Origin: the human T2T-CHM13v2.0 reference genome, Homo sapiens
Assembly: GCF_009914755.1 (NCBI RefSeq)
Contig: NC_060930.1
Length of the DNA stretch: 64,000 bases
Direction: 5' to 3' (one strand)
Positions 1 to 14,806 of this stretch are shown piece after piece. The position numbers and the translations under genes were made by a program. The stretch's first letter is position 1. Every line of letters starts with the position of its first letter. The notes beneath the pieces were generated by a model. That model was not told the DNA's origin. It made no database searches and saw nothing but the letters and a program-made list of their open reading frames with translations.

Positions 1-1794
1 GTCTACTCTTTCGATAGGTGAATAGTGTGTGATTAAGCTAACTGTATGGCTATGCTTATAGGACAGGAAGAGGCTGCAGCTTAGCTAGAGCCCAGTTTTC
101 CTCTGAGAAGGAAAGCAAACCCTGGTGACTCTACAGTAGCTTTTTGTCACTGGCCTGAGACCACTGTGTTCTACTTTCTACTAAAGAGCTGGCATTGCTT
201 CTTGGGGAAGCTCTGAGCAGGGAATGGCCAATAAATAGGCCTCTGTAGAATGCAAAAGGGTGGTGTTCCTTCTTTCCTCGGGCACTCGCTTTCCTCTGAA
301 ATTCCTGGAAAAGAAATGGCTGCCGACGTACAGCCTCTGCTTCCCATCTCTGCCTGGCTTCTGCATTCTTCCCAGCAAGCAGAGCTCCCCCCATAAAAAA
401 ACTGTTATTTTCTATGTTGATAGAAAGAAATCCATTTGGTGTATTTTTAATATTATTAGTGACTTATTGTTATGGTTAGATTATTATTCCATCCCTGGCT
501 TTCCTGCTGTGGGAAATCAGTAGCTGGCATTTTGTAGCATTGCCGACTGTTGCATATTTCATAACACAGTGAATGAAGAGTGCCCCTTCAGGACTGTGTT
601 GCGACATGATTCATGCATTTCCAGGTTTTATTGTAAGTAGTTGCACACAGCTGAGAGGCTCAGGCCCTGGAGAATTCCAGCGTGGCATTGACCACATGCC
701 TCTAATCAACCTCTGATTACCGTAGCTTCATAAGGGATGTGCCCTCCAGTAGCAAACACTTTGTTAGAGTTAAGTCTTATAAAGAAAACTGTGTGAGTGT
801 CAATGAGGGGAACAGAAACTAGTAGATTAAGATTTAAAAATAAGGAGGAAAAAGCAGTTCAAAGAGCTTGCCTAGGTTTTAGTTACTTGCCCTTAAGATA
901 CTTGGGAATAGATTGGATCAAGATGTTTAACTTTCTCTCAGAAATTTTGTGTATTGATAATTAACTTGGCTTCAGCCAAGGAGTTATAGAGGCCACTGAA
1001 TTTTGTGTTTGGGCAAATATTAAAAGATGCCTTTTCTGTTGGTGTAGATAGTTGGTAAAATAGATGCTCTAACAGGAAGACTACAAATGTGCAACTCAAT
1101 AAATTTTACGCTACTGAAGCAAACTGAGGGAGAAAACAGACGTCTTTACAAGGTAACCCTATTGATTTGTTTTCTTTTTGGAAAGGTTGAAGAATATTTC
1201 TGCAGCAGTGAAACTACTCAATTAGTATCTATCCAATAAGATTCAATGATAATATTATCCAGTGTTTCCTGTATTGATACGTGAGATTGGTGCTCCAGAG
1301 CCACAGCTGAAGCACAAAAGTTAGAAGTTAGAGATGGGAGTTTCTCTCAAATTCCTCTCAGCGCTCAAGTGGAAGGAAAGAGTTGTCTCTCAGTTGCTTT
1401 TCCTTTGGGAGTGAGATGCAGTTTGATTTTCTAGTTTGTTTTTAAATGTCATCTTTTAATTATGTTTTGGATAATGATGAAGAGAGATGCAATTTGGTTA
1501 TGAGAATAAATCTTAAAAGGCTCAATGACTCCTTTATCTACTGCTTAAAACAACTCCCTCTAGTAAAAAGTATTTCATTAATTGTCATTACTTGGGAATT
1601 ATGGAATTAGAGCAGCTGATCCCTTTTATCATTCATATATTTAAGTGACAGTGGCATTACTTACTCTAAATTAAGTTCCTTTCCTGGTTAAAAAATTATA
1701 ACAGTGTGACAAGAAATAGAGCACTATTAACTTTTATTTTGGAAAGCAATTTTTCTAGTGGAGATATGAAAGCCACTATTATGCCTGGTTTCTT

Positions 1795-2140
<346 letters not shown>

Positions 2141-3399
2141 TAAGTATATGTACCATAATACTTCAAGAATTTCATCAAGGGGTGAAAGTGTTTAAAAGGT
2201 TTATCAGTGGGTTTTCGTATTCTCCACACTCAGGAAGGAATCAGACAGTCTTCTTAATGTATACAGTATTATATAGATATACATAAAAGTTATTCAACTG
2301 CTATATCCACTGTTTTTTTCTTTCTGTCAACTCTTCGGTTATATTCTCACCAGTCAGCAATGTGCTGGGCCAGTGCTTCTCCCAAGCTGGAACTGACCCT
2401 GTAAGTCTATTTTGTGAGTGGAATCACAGCAATAAAGTCTCATGGCATTTGTCAGAGGGACTGCGTTGACCCTGCCGTCCAACGGCATATCTCCTACAGT
2501 CATAGTGTCTCCATAATTTTGGCTCAGAGGATTTATTCAATTTCCTTTCCCTTCTGCTCTATTCTTTCCGAAAGACTTATTTTTACTGTAGTGAACTCAC
2601 TAAACTCTAGTTAGCTTTCTACTTGTGGCCTAGTTTTGATAACTCTTGTTAATAAGGAATTTAATAATACAGTTGAAGTAAATGAAAATATTTCCCAACA
2701 CTCACAACTCTGTACAATGTTTCAACAGTGTTTCCTCAAACTCCTCTTATGGATATGACTCACATTATAAAAACTGATATATGAAGAATGCACATTAAGT
2801 TGAAAGTGATTATTTGAATAATGATCATTTTAATGCACTTAAAATATCACTCAGATTTTTAAAGTCTTGCCTATAAATTTGGGGGAATATATTGTTCCCT
2901 GAAGCTCTGTATGCAATTCAATTCAAGCAACTAAAAACAAACCACAACAAACAATCAAACAAAAACAACTTCTATCTGAAAAATGGAAATTGTTCAAGAC
3001 TGGTAAACTGTTAGGAAATGTATCTTTTGCTGAATGAAAACTGTTTGTTGCAATGATCTGCTTAACAATACTTAATTCTGAGTTCCAGGAACTTAGATTG
3101 AAATTTGAGGGAAAAGGATGAAAGACATAATGCTGTACTGGGGGCTAGTCAAAGGGAGATGTAGGAGGTGGTATGTGAGTCCTTGGTAGATCATATGCAA
3201 GTCAGTATATTTAGCCTTTAACTATTAATAAATGCTAAGCAAGGCATAACTATTCCCTTTACGTTTTCAAAAGGTTCTGCAATACCCTATCCCAATTTGG
3301 TCAATTCATCTTCATTTCACATTTCTATCTTCGTATGTTTGTGTTTACTTTTCCTTCTTGTTGGAAGATCTTTACCTTTTTTAAAATTTGTATTTAAAA

Positions 3400-3526
3400 A
3401 AAAAAGAGATGGAGGTTTCACTCTGTTGCCAAGGTTGGATTTGAACTCCTGGGCTCAAGTAATCCTCCCCCTTTAGCCTCCTGAGTAGCTGGGACTACAG
3501 GTACATATATGTCATTGTGCCTAGTT
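3400..3526 (-). mobile_element. FLAM/AluJ monomer
   Basis: Diverged Alu left-monomer sequence (gaactcctgggctcaagtaatcctccc...gtagctgggactacagg). Confidence 0.8.
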
Positions 3527-3789
3527 CACCTTGAAAACCCCTACATGTCATTTAAGACCATACTTGACTGACTTTTCCAAAACATCCATGTTCAGGATGT
3601 TTAAAGTGACCTCTTCTTCTTCTGTCACCCCATAGAACCTAATTTCTAACACTCATGGCACTGATTTGCATATGTATTTATAGGTCTTTCTCTCTCTGCT
3701 TTCAAAGTAAACATCCCTTGAAAGCTTGAACTATGGAGTTACGCATACCTGGGTTCACATCCCAGATCGAGCACTTGCTTGCTGTTGGT

Positions 3790-4285
3790 TGACTGACTCA
3801 GTGGCAGTCCTAGCACCACTTGTCCTTACATACATCCACTCCAGAGTTTGGAAAAGCCAGGCACTTATGCTCTTCACATCCTTTAAATCTAAGGGTGGTC
3901 AAGCAAACCAGTTTGGAGCAATGAAATGTAAGACAGTTGGGGACCCTTGGGAAAGCTTGTGTTTCCCTATAAAAGCAACAGGTATGTAAGTCATGCACAC
4001 TGGAACTGTTCCTGCTTTCCTCCTGACTGATACGTGGTGACTGGAGATCGACCAGCCATTTTGTAGTTATGAAATTACCATAATAATAATGGAAGCTGAC
4101 CTGCTAAGGATGTTGGAGCAGAAAGATAAAAAGAGCAAGGGTCTTCAGTGGCATCCTCTTGCTCCTGTACCAAATCTGGAAATGCCTATCTTCAGAATCC
4201 TTTTTATGGAAATTAAATGTCTCTTATTTAGATCACTTTTAATAGAGTTTTCTATTGCTTGCAGCCAAAATTATTTCTAGATAGC
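3790..4285 (+). mobile_element. Old MaLR LTR (MLT1J/K-like) apparently splitting a MIR (MIR halves about 3725-3790 and 4285-4400)
   Basis: cagccattttgtag...tggagcagaaagataa and the terminal ttttctattgcttgcagccaaa are MLT1-like; the MIR core (tctataaaatggag) resumes after it. Confidence 0.5.
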
Positions 4286-4402
4286 TGTATAATCTAGGAC
4301 AAATTAAACTCTCTAAACTTTAGTTTTCTTATCTATAAAATGGAGCTAGTGATAGTGACCTAACAGAGTTGATGTGGTAATTAATGAGGTCATATTTTCT
4401 GA

Positions 4403-4798
<396 letters not shown>

Positions 4799-4879
4799 TA
4801 AGTCACAGTAATTATCATTTGAATGAGTAAATGAATATTAGAGTAAAGCAGCTGAACAGACTTTGCAAGATAAGCCACT

Positions 4880-5313
4880 CTAATGGCTTCTCACAGCCTT
4901 TTTAATGGCTGAGTAGACAGTCTTTCTCTGCCTCTTGAATCTGACTTGGCTCTGTTACTTGCTTTGGCCCATCAGGGGAGTAGCAAACATGATGAAAACA
5001 GATGCATGAAAGGTGATTGCACCCTGGGGCTTGCTCTCTTGATGCAATTAGAACCCTGCAACCACCACATAAATAAGCCCAAGCTAGCTGGTTGGATGAT
5101 GTAAGAGAACCAAACTGCCCCAGCCAGCAGGCAGCCAACACCAGACATGTGAGTTCCGGCAGGCCACATATGCATGAGTAAACCCAGCTGAGAGCTGAAG
5201 AACTTTCCACCTAAGTCCAAAGGGCCAGCCAACTTTGAGCTAAGTGAATAGTTGTTGTTTTAAACCACTAAGTTTTGGGGTGGTTGGTTTTACAGCAAAA
5301 AATAAATGATCTA
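4880..5313 (+). mobile_element. MaLR LTR (MLT1F-like)
   Basis: Typical 3' end ttgttgttttaaaccactaagttttggggtggttggttttacagcaa and internal gttacttgctttggcc. Confidence 0.65.
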
Positions 5314-5364
5314 GAGGAGCTCTGAAGTGAATAAGTAAGCATCGGGGTCTCCAGATGTGTCACC

Positions 5365-5830
5365 TGGAGAAGGACATCATAGCACTTTTGTAGTGTTACA
5401 GCTGGGGTCCAGAACCTGAATCCAATCATGAAGAAATATCAGGTAACCTCACATTGAGGAACATTTCTATAAAACAAGCGGCCAGGATTCTCCAAAATGT
5501 CAATGTCTTATAAGATAAAGGAAAGCTAGGGAATGGTCCTAGATTAATAAAGACTAAAGAGACATGATATGTAAGTACAATATGTGATCCTCAACTGGAT
5601 CCTTAATGGGAGGGAAAAAATGCTACAAGGACATGATTGGCAAAAATGTCAAAATTTGAATATGGATTGCAGATAAGGTGGGGTTATTGCATCCATGTGA
5701 AATATCCTGAATTTGATAACTGTACTATGGATATATAAGAGAATATCTTTGTTCTTGGGAAGTATACACAGAAGTATTCAGTGGTAAAGGAGCATGATGT
5801 ATGTAACCTACTCTCAGATGACTTAAATTA
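5365..5830 (+). mobile_element. Old L1 (L1MC/L1ME) 3' UTR fragment
   Basis: aacctgaatccaatcatgaagaaatatcag...gactaaagagacatga...tttgataactgtactatgg resembles L1MC/ME 3' ends. Confidence 0.65.
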
Positions 5831-6175
5831 TTGTAATATTTAAAAATATATTTATATATTTATATTTATAAATATAAAATATATATAACAATAACAATAT
5901 CTATATAGCTATATATTTGTATTAATATCAAATATATAACTATATATTTATATATAAATATTTCATATATTGTATAATATAGAACTATATATTGACAAAT
6001 ATATCAATATATAAATGGAGATATATTTATAAATATATCAATAGATATATATTTATACTTATGTATCAATGGATATATAGTTACAATCTATGTATAACTA
6101 TATAATGTATAAATATATAATTAAATATATAATTTATACATAGATTATAAATATTAATAAATGTCAATATAAATA
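5830..6175. repeat. AT-rich low-complexity, degenerate (TA)n tract
   Basis: About 345 bp of almost pure A/T. Confidence 0.85.
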
Positions 6176-7662
6176 CAGGGCTGCTGATCTCCAGCTTTTT
6201 GCTCCTGGTCACATGTTAGCTACTGCAGCTCCAGGCATTATATTCTTGAGTGATAGCATCTGATGTGGGAAGAAAGAAGGAAGTAGTTCAGAAGGGCCTT
6301 TTTTTCTGAAAAGAAACTCTTGCCTATGAGCATCCTAGCAGATTTTCACGTATATCTTATATTTTATATCACTCACATCTCATTGGCCATGCTCTCCCCT
6401 CAGCCAGTCACTGGAAAATGGTGGGGAGTGGGAGTCAAGCCCCTGCAGGGGGTGGTGCATCACTGTCCAAACTGCAGAGAAAGAGGGACCAACACTTTCT
6501 ACACATTCCATGTAAGGAGGATTCTCACTGCGCAGGACCGTTGGGAATTGCTTCATGCACTGCTCATTAGCACGTGCTTCAGACACTGCAGTTTTCTTTA
6601 TTAAACTCCAGAGAACCAAAATCTAGGACTCAGGAAGGAAAGGGGATGGTCCAAAGTGAGTTTTTTTGAGATGGTTGTGAAAGTTTTTTGCAGTAAGTTG
6701 ATTAGAATGCCATCCAGCTCAGACCGTATTAAAGAACACTGCTTGTAAGACCCAGAGACTCTCATCCACAGTCTGCTCTGTACCATGAAAAGCTTTCTTT
6801 TAAAAGAGAGGTCTGCCTTTGGATTAGGTGAAGCACTTTTTGACAGAGTGTTTGGGGCCAAGGATATATACAGCTGGAGAAATGTTTCAGGCAGGAGATT
6901 GATCTTTGGGCAGAGCTTGGAAAGTCAATCATCCGGTGGCGAGTCTCCGAGGAAGCAGTTCAAGTATCGTGACTGGAAAGCAGGGGATGAAGGACTACAT
7001 GCATGGTTGGAAGAGAAGAAATCGGAATTTACCTAGCTGTGCTGACCTTTCTAGGCCTGCTTCTGGATGTGCAGTGTCTCAACAGGATACTGCAGTGCTT
7101 TTATTCCTGCATGTCCATCATTGTAACTAACAATCAAGGGACGTGGATGCCTTCATTCAATACCACTGCTAACTACTAGACCCATCAGTTCACTCAGTAG
7201 GTTTGTGTGTATATTACAGTCAAATCTAGCGTGAAAGTCATTTTGGAACGATAAAACCCAACATTCAGAAGAGAAATCTACTGTTATGTGAGCACCTACC
7301 TACACAAACCATTTTACTGGCTTTCGTGGAATAATTATAGTCAACCAGGAAATCAGCAATGACAACATAGAAAGCACACAGATGTCAGTAGCACTTCCTG
7401 ATGTTTTGAAATACCTTGAACATAGCCGTCCTCAGTTAATGTTTCAGCATGAATCTAGGGGAACATCTACTGGGTGTAAACTTAAAGTCAAAACATAAAT
7501 TCAAGTCCCAATGTTTATGTGATCTTGCTCGAACACTGTTTATCTTTTCAACATAGATGATACCAGTTTGACATTTCCCATAGGAACATTGTGAGGATAA
7601 AACTCAAGATAATATAGGTGAAGTTCTTTGTCATTGGTGAAGTTCTGTAATATATGAATGTT

Positions 7663-8024
<362 letters not shown>

Positions 8025-8679
8025 TTAGTGTTCCTTGTAGCAGTTGTTTTGGAAACATGCGAGTTCATTAAATTGAAGAATTCCTAGAAGTCAACCCTTT
8101 TGACAAGGAAGGAAAAATATACTTACAATAATACAAAACTTTTTTTTTTCAATATGTAGTAGTTCAAGCATTTCACTTGTCTCTTGTAACAAAACAACCT
8201 ATGAGGAGAAACCTGAGGATGCAGGGGCTGTTTGCATTTCCAGAGCTCAGTCATTGGGGAGGAAAATAAAATAGAAAGACAGAATGTTGAAGCAGAAGTG
8301 GTGATAAGATCCTGGGCCTCAGGGGACTTGCGACGCTGTGCCTGCTGGTGCCCTGTATACAGTAGAACTCAGCGAATGGTGACCAAGGTAGGGGTCAATG
8401 AATAGAATATTCACTTGTTTCTGTTACTTTGTGTGTTCCAATTCTCTCCTTTCTGAGATATCTTTTCAGAAATGGCACCCCCAATATCACTACTGTTAAA
8501 TATCACTTTATAATATGATAGATAAAATCTCTCACAGATACAAAATTAAAGAAAGTCATCACTTGTATTGAAAACTTAAAGTATGAAATTCTTCGGAATA
8601 CTATCCATTTAAATTAAGTAAGTAAACTAAAAAGTGGGAAAATCTTGAAACCTTTCCTACCATACTATTCTGTTGTTTC

Positions 8680-9010
8680 TTTGCAAATATTTACTGAGCA
8701 CTTGCTATGTGCCAGTGTTCCAGCCACTCGAGATGGATCAGTGACGAAAACCAGTGAAGATGCTGCCCTCATGCACTGCAGGCTAGCAGGGGAGTCTGAA
8801 GGTCAACAATAAGTAAATGAAAAGGCTGTAGCGTATTAGAAGATATTTTCTGAGGAAAAGAGGGCAGAGTTGAGGGGGTTTGGGAGAGTAGGTTGATGGA
8901 GAGGTTTACAATTTTCAAGTGGATGGCTGGGAGACCTCACTGAGAAGGGGATGTTGAAACAGGGACCTGAAACAGATGGAAGACCGTTACCCCGGACATG
9001 ACTGCCCCAA
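8680..9010 (-). mobile_element. L2 fragment
   Basis: aaatatttactgagcacttgctatgtgccag...cctcactgagaag...gacctgaa is L2 3'-end-like. Confidence 0.6.
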
Positions 9011-9451
9011 AAGGGGTGTGACATTGAATGTACCTGTATGTCTCAAGGCTTTAAGGGGACCCGGTGGCAAGAGGAGAGAGAGCAGTTGGCAGATACCTTT
9101 TGTTACGCTGTGAAATGTTAAGCAAAATTATTCTGCAGTAGTTTGTATTTCCTTAAGGAAGATTTAGAATAGAACCTTAGTTAACTATTTCTAAACTGAG
9201 CCAAATCATACACTGTTCAGAGCTGGGAGGGACTTGAGACACCCTATCATTGCTGTTCTTCATTTTATGAGAGAAAAAGCTGAAGTCCATTGAAATGATT
9301 GGTGGTATAATGGCTCAATTAGTGTATCTCAGTGTTTTCAGAGACAGATGTGGTGATGAGAAAAAATATATGTATGTTGTTTTCCTTTCAGAAAGTGACG
9401 AACACATGAAAACTTTCTTCAAAATTTTAAATATCTACATCCTCTGAGATT

Positions 9452-11190
9452 TTATTTTTTTGTGATAAAATGTTACATAATATAAAATTAGCCAGTTAAG
9501 CCATTTTAAGTGTACAATTCAGTGGCATTAATAACATTTACAGTGTTGTGCAACCATCACCACTATCTATCTCCAAAATATTTTCATCGCTTCCACGAGA
9601 AACTCTGTACCCATTAAGCATTAACTCCCCATTCCATGCTCCCTCCAGTGCCTAGTAACCTCTAATCTGCTTACTGTTCAAGATATTTCACGTAAGGGAA
9701 AGCTTAGATTTTTTTTTGCCTGGCTTCTTTCACTTAGCCTGTTGTTTTTGAGGTTCATCCATGCTGTAGCATGTATCAGAACTTCATTCCTTTTTAGGGC
9801 TGAATAATATTCCATTGTGTGTAAGTAACATATTTTGTTTATCCATTCATCTGTTGACAGACACTTGAGTTGTTTCCACCTTGGGACTATTGTGAATAAT
9901 GCTGTTATGAACATCGGTGTGCAAGTGTCTGAGCTCCTTTACTCAGTTCTTTTAGAGATACACACACAGAGGCATATATACATATATAGAGACACACATA
10001 TGTATACACACACATGCACGCACACACACGCACGCATACACACTTGCACGCGCACACACACACACACAGAGACTGAGAGAGAGAATTGCTGGGTGATATG
10101 GTCAAATTCGTGTTTAACTTTCTGAGAAACTGCCAAACTGCTTTCCACAGCAGCCGCGCTACTTTACATTCTCAACAGCAATGCACAGGGTTTCAGTTTC
10201 TCCACATCCTTCTCAACACTTTTTATGATTATTTTCATTATTATAACCACCCTAGTAGATGTGAAGTGGTATCTCATTGTGGTTTGTATTTATATTTCCC
10301 TGATGACTGATAATGTTGAGTATCTTTTCATGAGCTTATTGGCCATTTGTCTATCTCCTAAAATTCTGTCAGTAACATTTTATAGTTTTCAAGGTACAAA
10401 TATTTTGCCTATTGTTCCATTTATTTCGAAGTACTTTATTTTTGATGCTTTTGTAAATGCAATTGTTTTCTTAATTTCCTTTTCAGATTGTTCATTGTTA
10501 GTGTATAGAAATGTAAATATGTGCAACATTTTTATGTGTCGATTTTGTATCATGCAACTTTACTGAATTTGTCTATTAGTTTAGACAGCTTTTTGTGTGT
10601 GGATTCTTCAGGGCTTTCTACATATAAAATTATGTCATCTGCAAATAGAGATAATTTTACTTCTTCTTTTTCAGTTGGGATGTCTTTTATTTCTTTTTCT
10701 TGCCTAATTTCTCTGGTTACAACTTTTAGTGCTATACTGACTAGTAGCGGTGACTGTGAGCATCTTTGTCTTGTTCCCGATCTAAGTGAAATTTATCTAA
10801 GTGGAATGAGTGAAAAGTTTTCAACTTTCACCATTGAGTATGATGTTGGTTGTGGGTTTTTCACACATTGTCTTTATTTTGTTGAGGGCATTCCCTTGTA
10901 TTCCTGGTTTATTGAATATTTTTATCATGAAAGGGTGTTGGACTTTGTCAGATGCATTCACTGTATCAATTGATATGGTTATGTGGGTTTTATTTCTTTT
11001 ATCCTATTGTTACAGTATATTACATTGATTGATTTTTATATTTTGAGCCATTCTTGCTTGCACTCCTGGGGTAAATCCATTTGATCATGGTATATGATCC
11101 TTTTAATGTGCTACTAAATTTGGTTTGCTGGTAATTTCTCGAGGAGTTTACATCTATGTTCATAAGAGATATTGGTATGTGGCTTTCTTG
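9452..11190 (-). mobile_element. L1MB-type LINE-1 (3' UTR and ORF2 remnants), containing a microsatellite
   Basis: 3' end ccattttaagtgtacaattcagtggcatta; minus-strand ORFs 9678-9914 (MFITALFTIVPRWKQLKCLSTDEWINK) and 9939-10148 are ORF2 C-terminal relics. Confidence 0.88.
9961..10084. repeat. Imperfect (CA)n/(TA)n/(CG)n followed by (GA)n microsatellite
   Basis: Alternating purine-pyrimidine tract, directly visible. Confidence 0.9.
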
Positions 11191-11206
11191 TAGTGAGCCC
11201 CTGTGA

Positions 11207-11523
<317 letters not shown>

Positions 11524-12601
11524 TAATTTATCTCTTTAATTTTAATTTATCTCTTTGGTTTTAATTCATCTTTCTTCATTCTCATGTTATAAGTTCTGAA
11601 AAAATAGGAGTGTCTGCTGGGAATGTCCTTCCTTTTTTATAAGTAAGTCAAAAATAAGCTCTGCCACTTATTAGTATGGTGAAGATAAAAAAGCAGAACC
11701 CTATAAGGAGGTCAAGAATGCAGAATATTAATATGTTGATACTCTAATCCCTTTACATTCTCATTCATAGCCACAAGTACAATGAAAATCAAAATAAATA
11801 TTATATTTCATCTCTGAAAGATTGATGTGTTTGGACCTGACCAATGTAGCCTGGTGACCATGTAGCCTGGTGTAAATTATGTTCTCAAGTAAGGATTTTA
11901 CTCTGTCTCCAAAAGGTTAAATAGGTCACTGATTAGAATTATAGATAAAAGAGTACTTGTCTTTCCAGGTTTCTCAGGAGAGAATGAGAAAGATCTTCTC
12001 ACTGTAGAAGCTTCTTTGAATAGGCACAAGAAGTTACATCTGGCTTCACTTAAACACCACTTGCCTTACAACTTGTTCTAAATCTTCAGAAAGGATTAGT
12101 CTGAAAAGCTAATTTTGTTGGAAGTTGAGAGATAATCATGTACATTTCAGACACTGTTTGAAACTTAATTTCCCCCCACAATTACTCACCTTCTAGCGTT
12201 GACTGATGAAAGTATAATGGTATAAAGGTACCCTTTTTTTCTGTGGCTCAGGATCATCACACACCCTGAGCTGAAGGCATACAGGCTGCACTTGCCTTGA
12301 TACAACCCAAGTACACTGCTGCTTGCATATAGACCCCAGTTTCATATTCCACACCTGGCCATTCTCAGCTCTTTCTCCAGTTTTGAAGTGTACTTTTCCT
12401 GCATGATGCTGTACAGGACTAAGGACTCTGGGGATAGAGGTTTGAGAAGTATCCCTACCCCTTCCCCAGTGCCTTCCACAGACAGCACAGACATCCTGTG
12501 CCTTTGAAGGGATGGCATTGAGCAATAACATTTATTTTTAGTCTTGCCACAGTGCTCTTTGCTCCCTCTCCACCCCAGACCCTACACAGAGCTGCGCTCC
12601 T

Positions 12602-12891
12602 GTTGGAGATGTCCCAGGCCTCCTCTCGAGTTGGAGATGTCCCGGGCCTCCTCTCGAGTTGGAGATGTCCCGGGCCTCCTCTCGAGTTGGAGATGTCCCG
12701 GGCCTCCTCTCGAGTTGGAGATGTCCCGGGCCTCCTCTCGAGTTGGAGATGTCCCGGGCCTCCTCTCGAGTTGGAGATGTCCCGGGCCTCCTCTCGAGTT
12801 GGAGATGTCCCGGGCTTCCTCTCGAGTTGGAGATGTCCCGGGCTTCCTCTCGAGTTGGAGATGTCCCGGGCTTCCTCTCGAGTTGGAGATG
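12602..12891. repeat. Minisatellite, 28-bp unit GTTGGAGATGTCCCGGGCCTCCTCTCGA, about 10.4 copies
   Basis: Units start every 28 bp from 12602; it accounts for the five repetitive ORFs at 12455-12998. Confidence 0.97.
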
Positions 12892-14460
12892 CAGACAAGA
12901 GGCCACGTGCAGAAGCACTGTGCTTTGGGCTTTCCTTTGCAAATGCTTCCCTCTCTGACGCTGTAGAGGCAGAGCTTGTAGAGCCAGCTGCTGCTTAGAA
13001 GGGTCGCCCTGTGGGATTAGAATCTTTCAAGTTCTAAGATAAATTTTGTTACTGTCCTTTCACACTGATAACTTCTCACTGTCCTCTTTTCTATTGCCAT
13101 TCTCCTCCTCCTCCACTTTCTCCTCTCCTTTTTTTTTAAAGTTTCCCTTCTCTGGATTCTTCTCTTACATCTTTTGCTTCTGTGCATAGGCTCGCCCTCT
13201 TAGGAAGATTTTCAACAATTATAAATACAAAAAATGTTCTTGCATGGGATGCTCAATACTGTACAGACTTTCATTAGTCAAAATGCCTAACTGCTTCCAA
13301 TCCTGCATATTCTGTCTAATTGGGAACATTCCTCCACAGTGAGTTCTGTACTCTGGTGACTCTAGTTTACTGGAACTCACTAGTTTTGGAATGAGGCAAA
13401 AAAAAAAAAAAAAAATACTGCCTTAAAACCCTGTCAGACCTGGGTACTTGGCAACAAATTACAGCTGAGGAGTGCCAAAGACCTGAAAATTATACCTACC
13501 TTGGTTGACAGTACCTTTAAGTGTCTATGTATTTATGACTCACTTTCTTCCATAAAGAATTTGAAGTGCCTTATTAAAGTACATACCCGAGGATAAAATA
13601 AATAGTTGAGATAATCAGGGCAAAGAGGAAATGCGGATAAGAAAATAAAACTGGAGCAAAAGTCACAAAGAGAAATGTACCCTGAACAGTTGTGCAGTTG
13701 TAGAGGTGGCCTCCAAGGTTGCCTCTAAGCTCCGATGGGGCCAAAGTAAAAAGTGAATTTTGACCGATTATGTAGCACATGGCATCCTTAAAATTAAAAA
13801 AATCCAGTTGTCAAGAAAAGGAAGCCTTTTCTGTTCCCAAGATCCGAAGTCATTTTCTTAAATCTAAGATCAATTTATTTCCTGAAGCCTCCTACAGAAA
13901 ACTATATGATAGAGTGGTCACGTCCTTCACAGGAGTCGCCAGTATTGTCTTACTGATGGAATAGGCCAATGACACAATGCAGGGGTGCGATTCAGAAGAA
14001 ATAAATCGAAAGGGAACCAAAACAAAATGTTTTAAAGGTAAAATTTGATGCAACTCAGCAAATGGACACCGTATCCTTTCTTGCAACCCTCCATGAAAAT
14101 TGATTGTCACAGGCAAACTTTTTATTAGGATGATTATGCGAATGAAAGGTTGTAGGCAGTGGTAGGCAGCTGAAGTCCAGTTGCTCTCTGTTCCCCATGA
14201 GGGTCTGGTCCATAAGCTTTGACACACAGGTGGTGGGATTTTATGTGCCCGCGGGAATGACCCCCTCAGTCACCTCAGCACTGGGTCCTCTCAGGTAGAG
14301 CCAGTCTCCTCTCTTTAGAAGAGGGTGTCCCTACTGACAGCCACATGGGACTGAGGCCCTGGAGTCACGCATATCCCCAGCACAACCATCAGCCTTCCTT
14401 TCCCCCATCAACCTTTCAGTGTGGTCCTGCCAATCATCCACTTAGGCCAGTGAACATTTC

Positions 14461-14806
<346 letters not shown>

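Noticed and set aside
6601-7130. Purine-rich ORFs resembling a processed-pseudogene fragment
   Set aside because: No recognisable protein similarity, poly(A) tail, TSD or convincing pair of splice sites.
12455-12998. Five overlapping 99-148 aa ORFs with repeated peptides
   Set aside because: Artefact of a stop-free 28-bp tandem repeat that is open in several frames on both strands.
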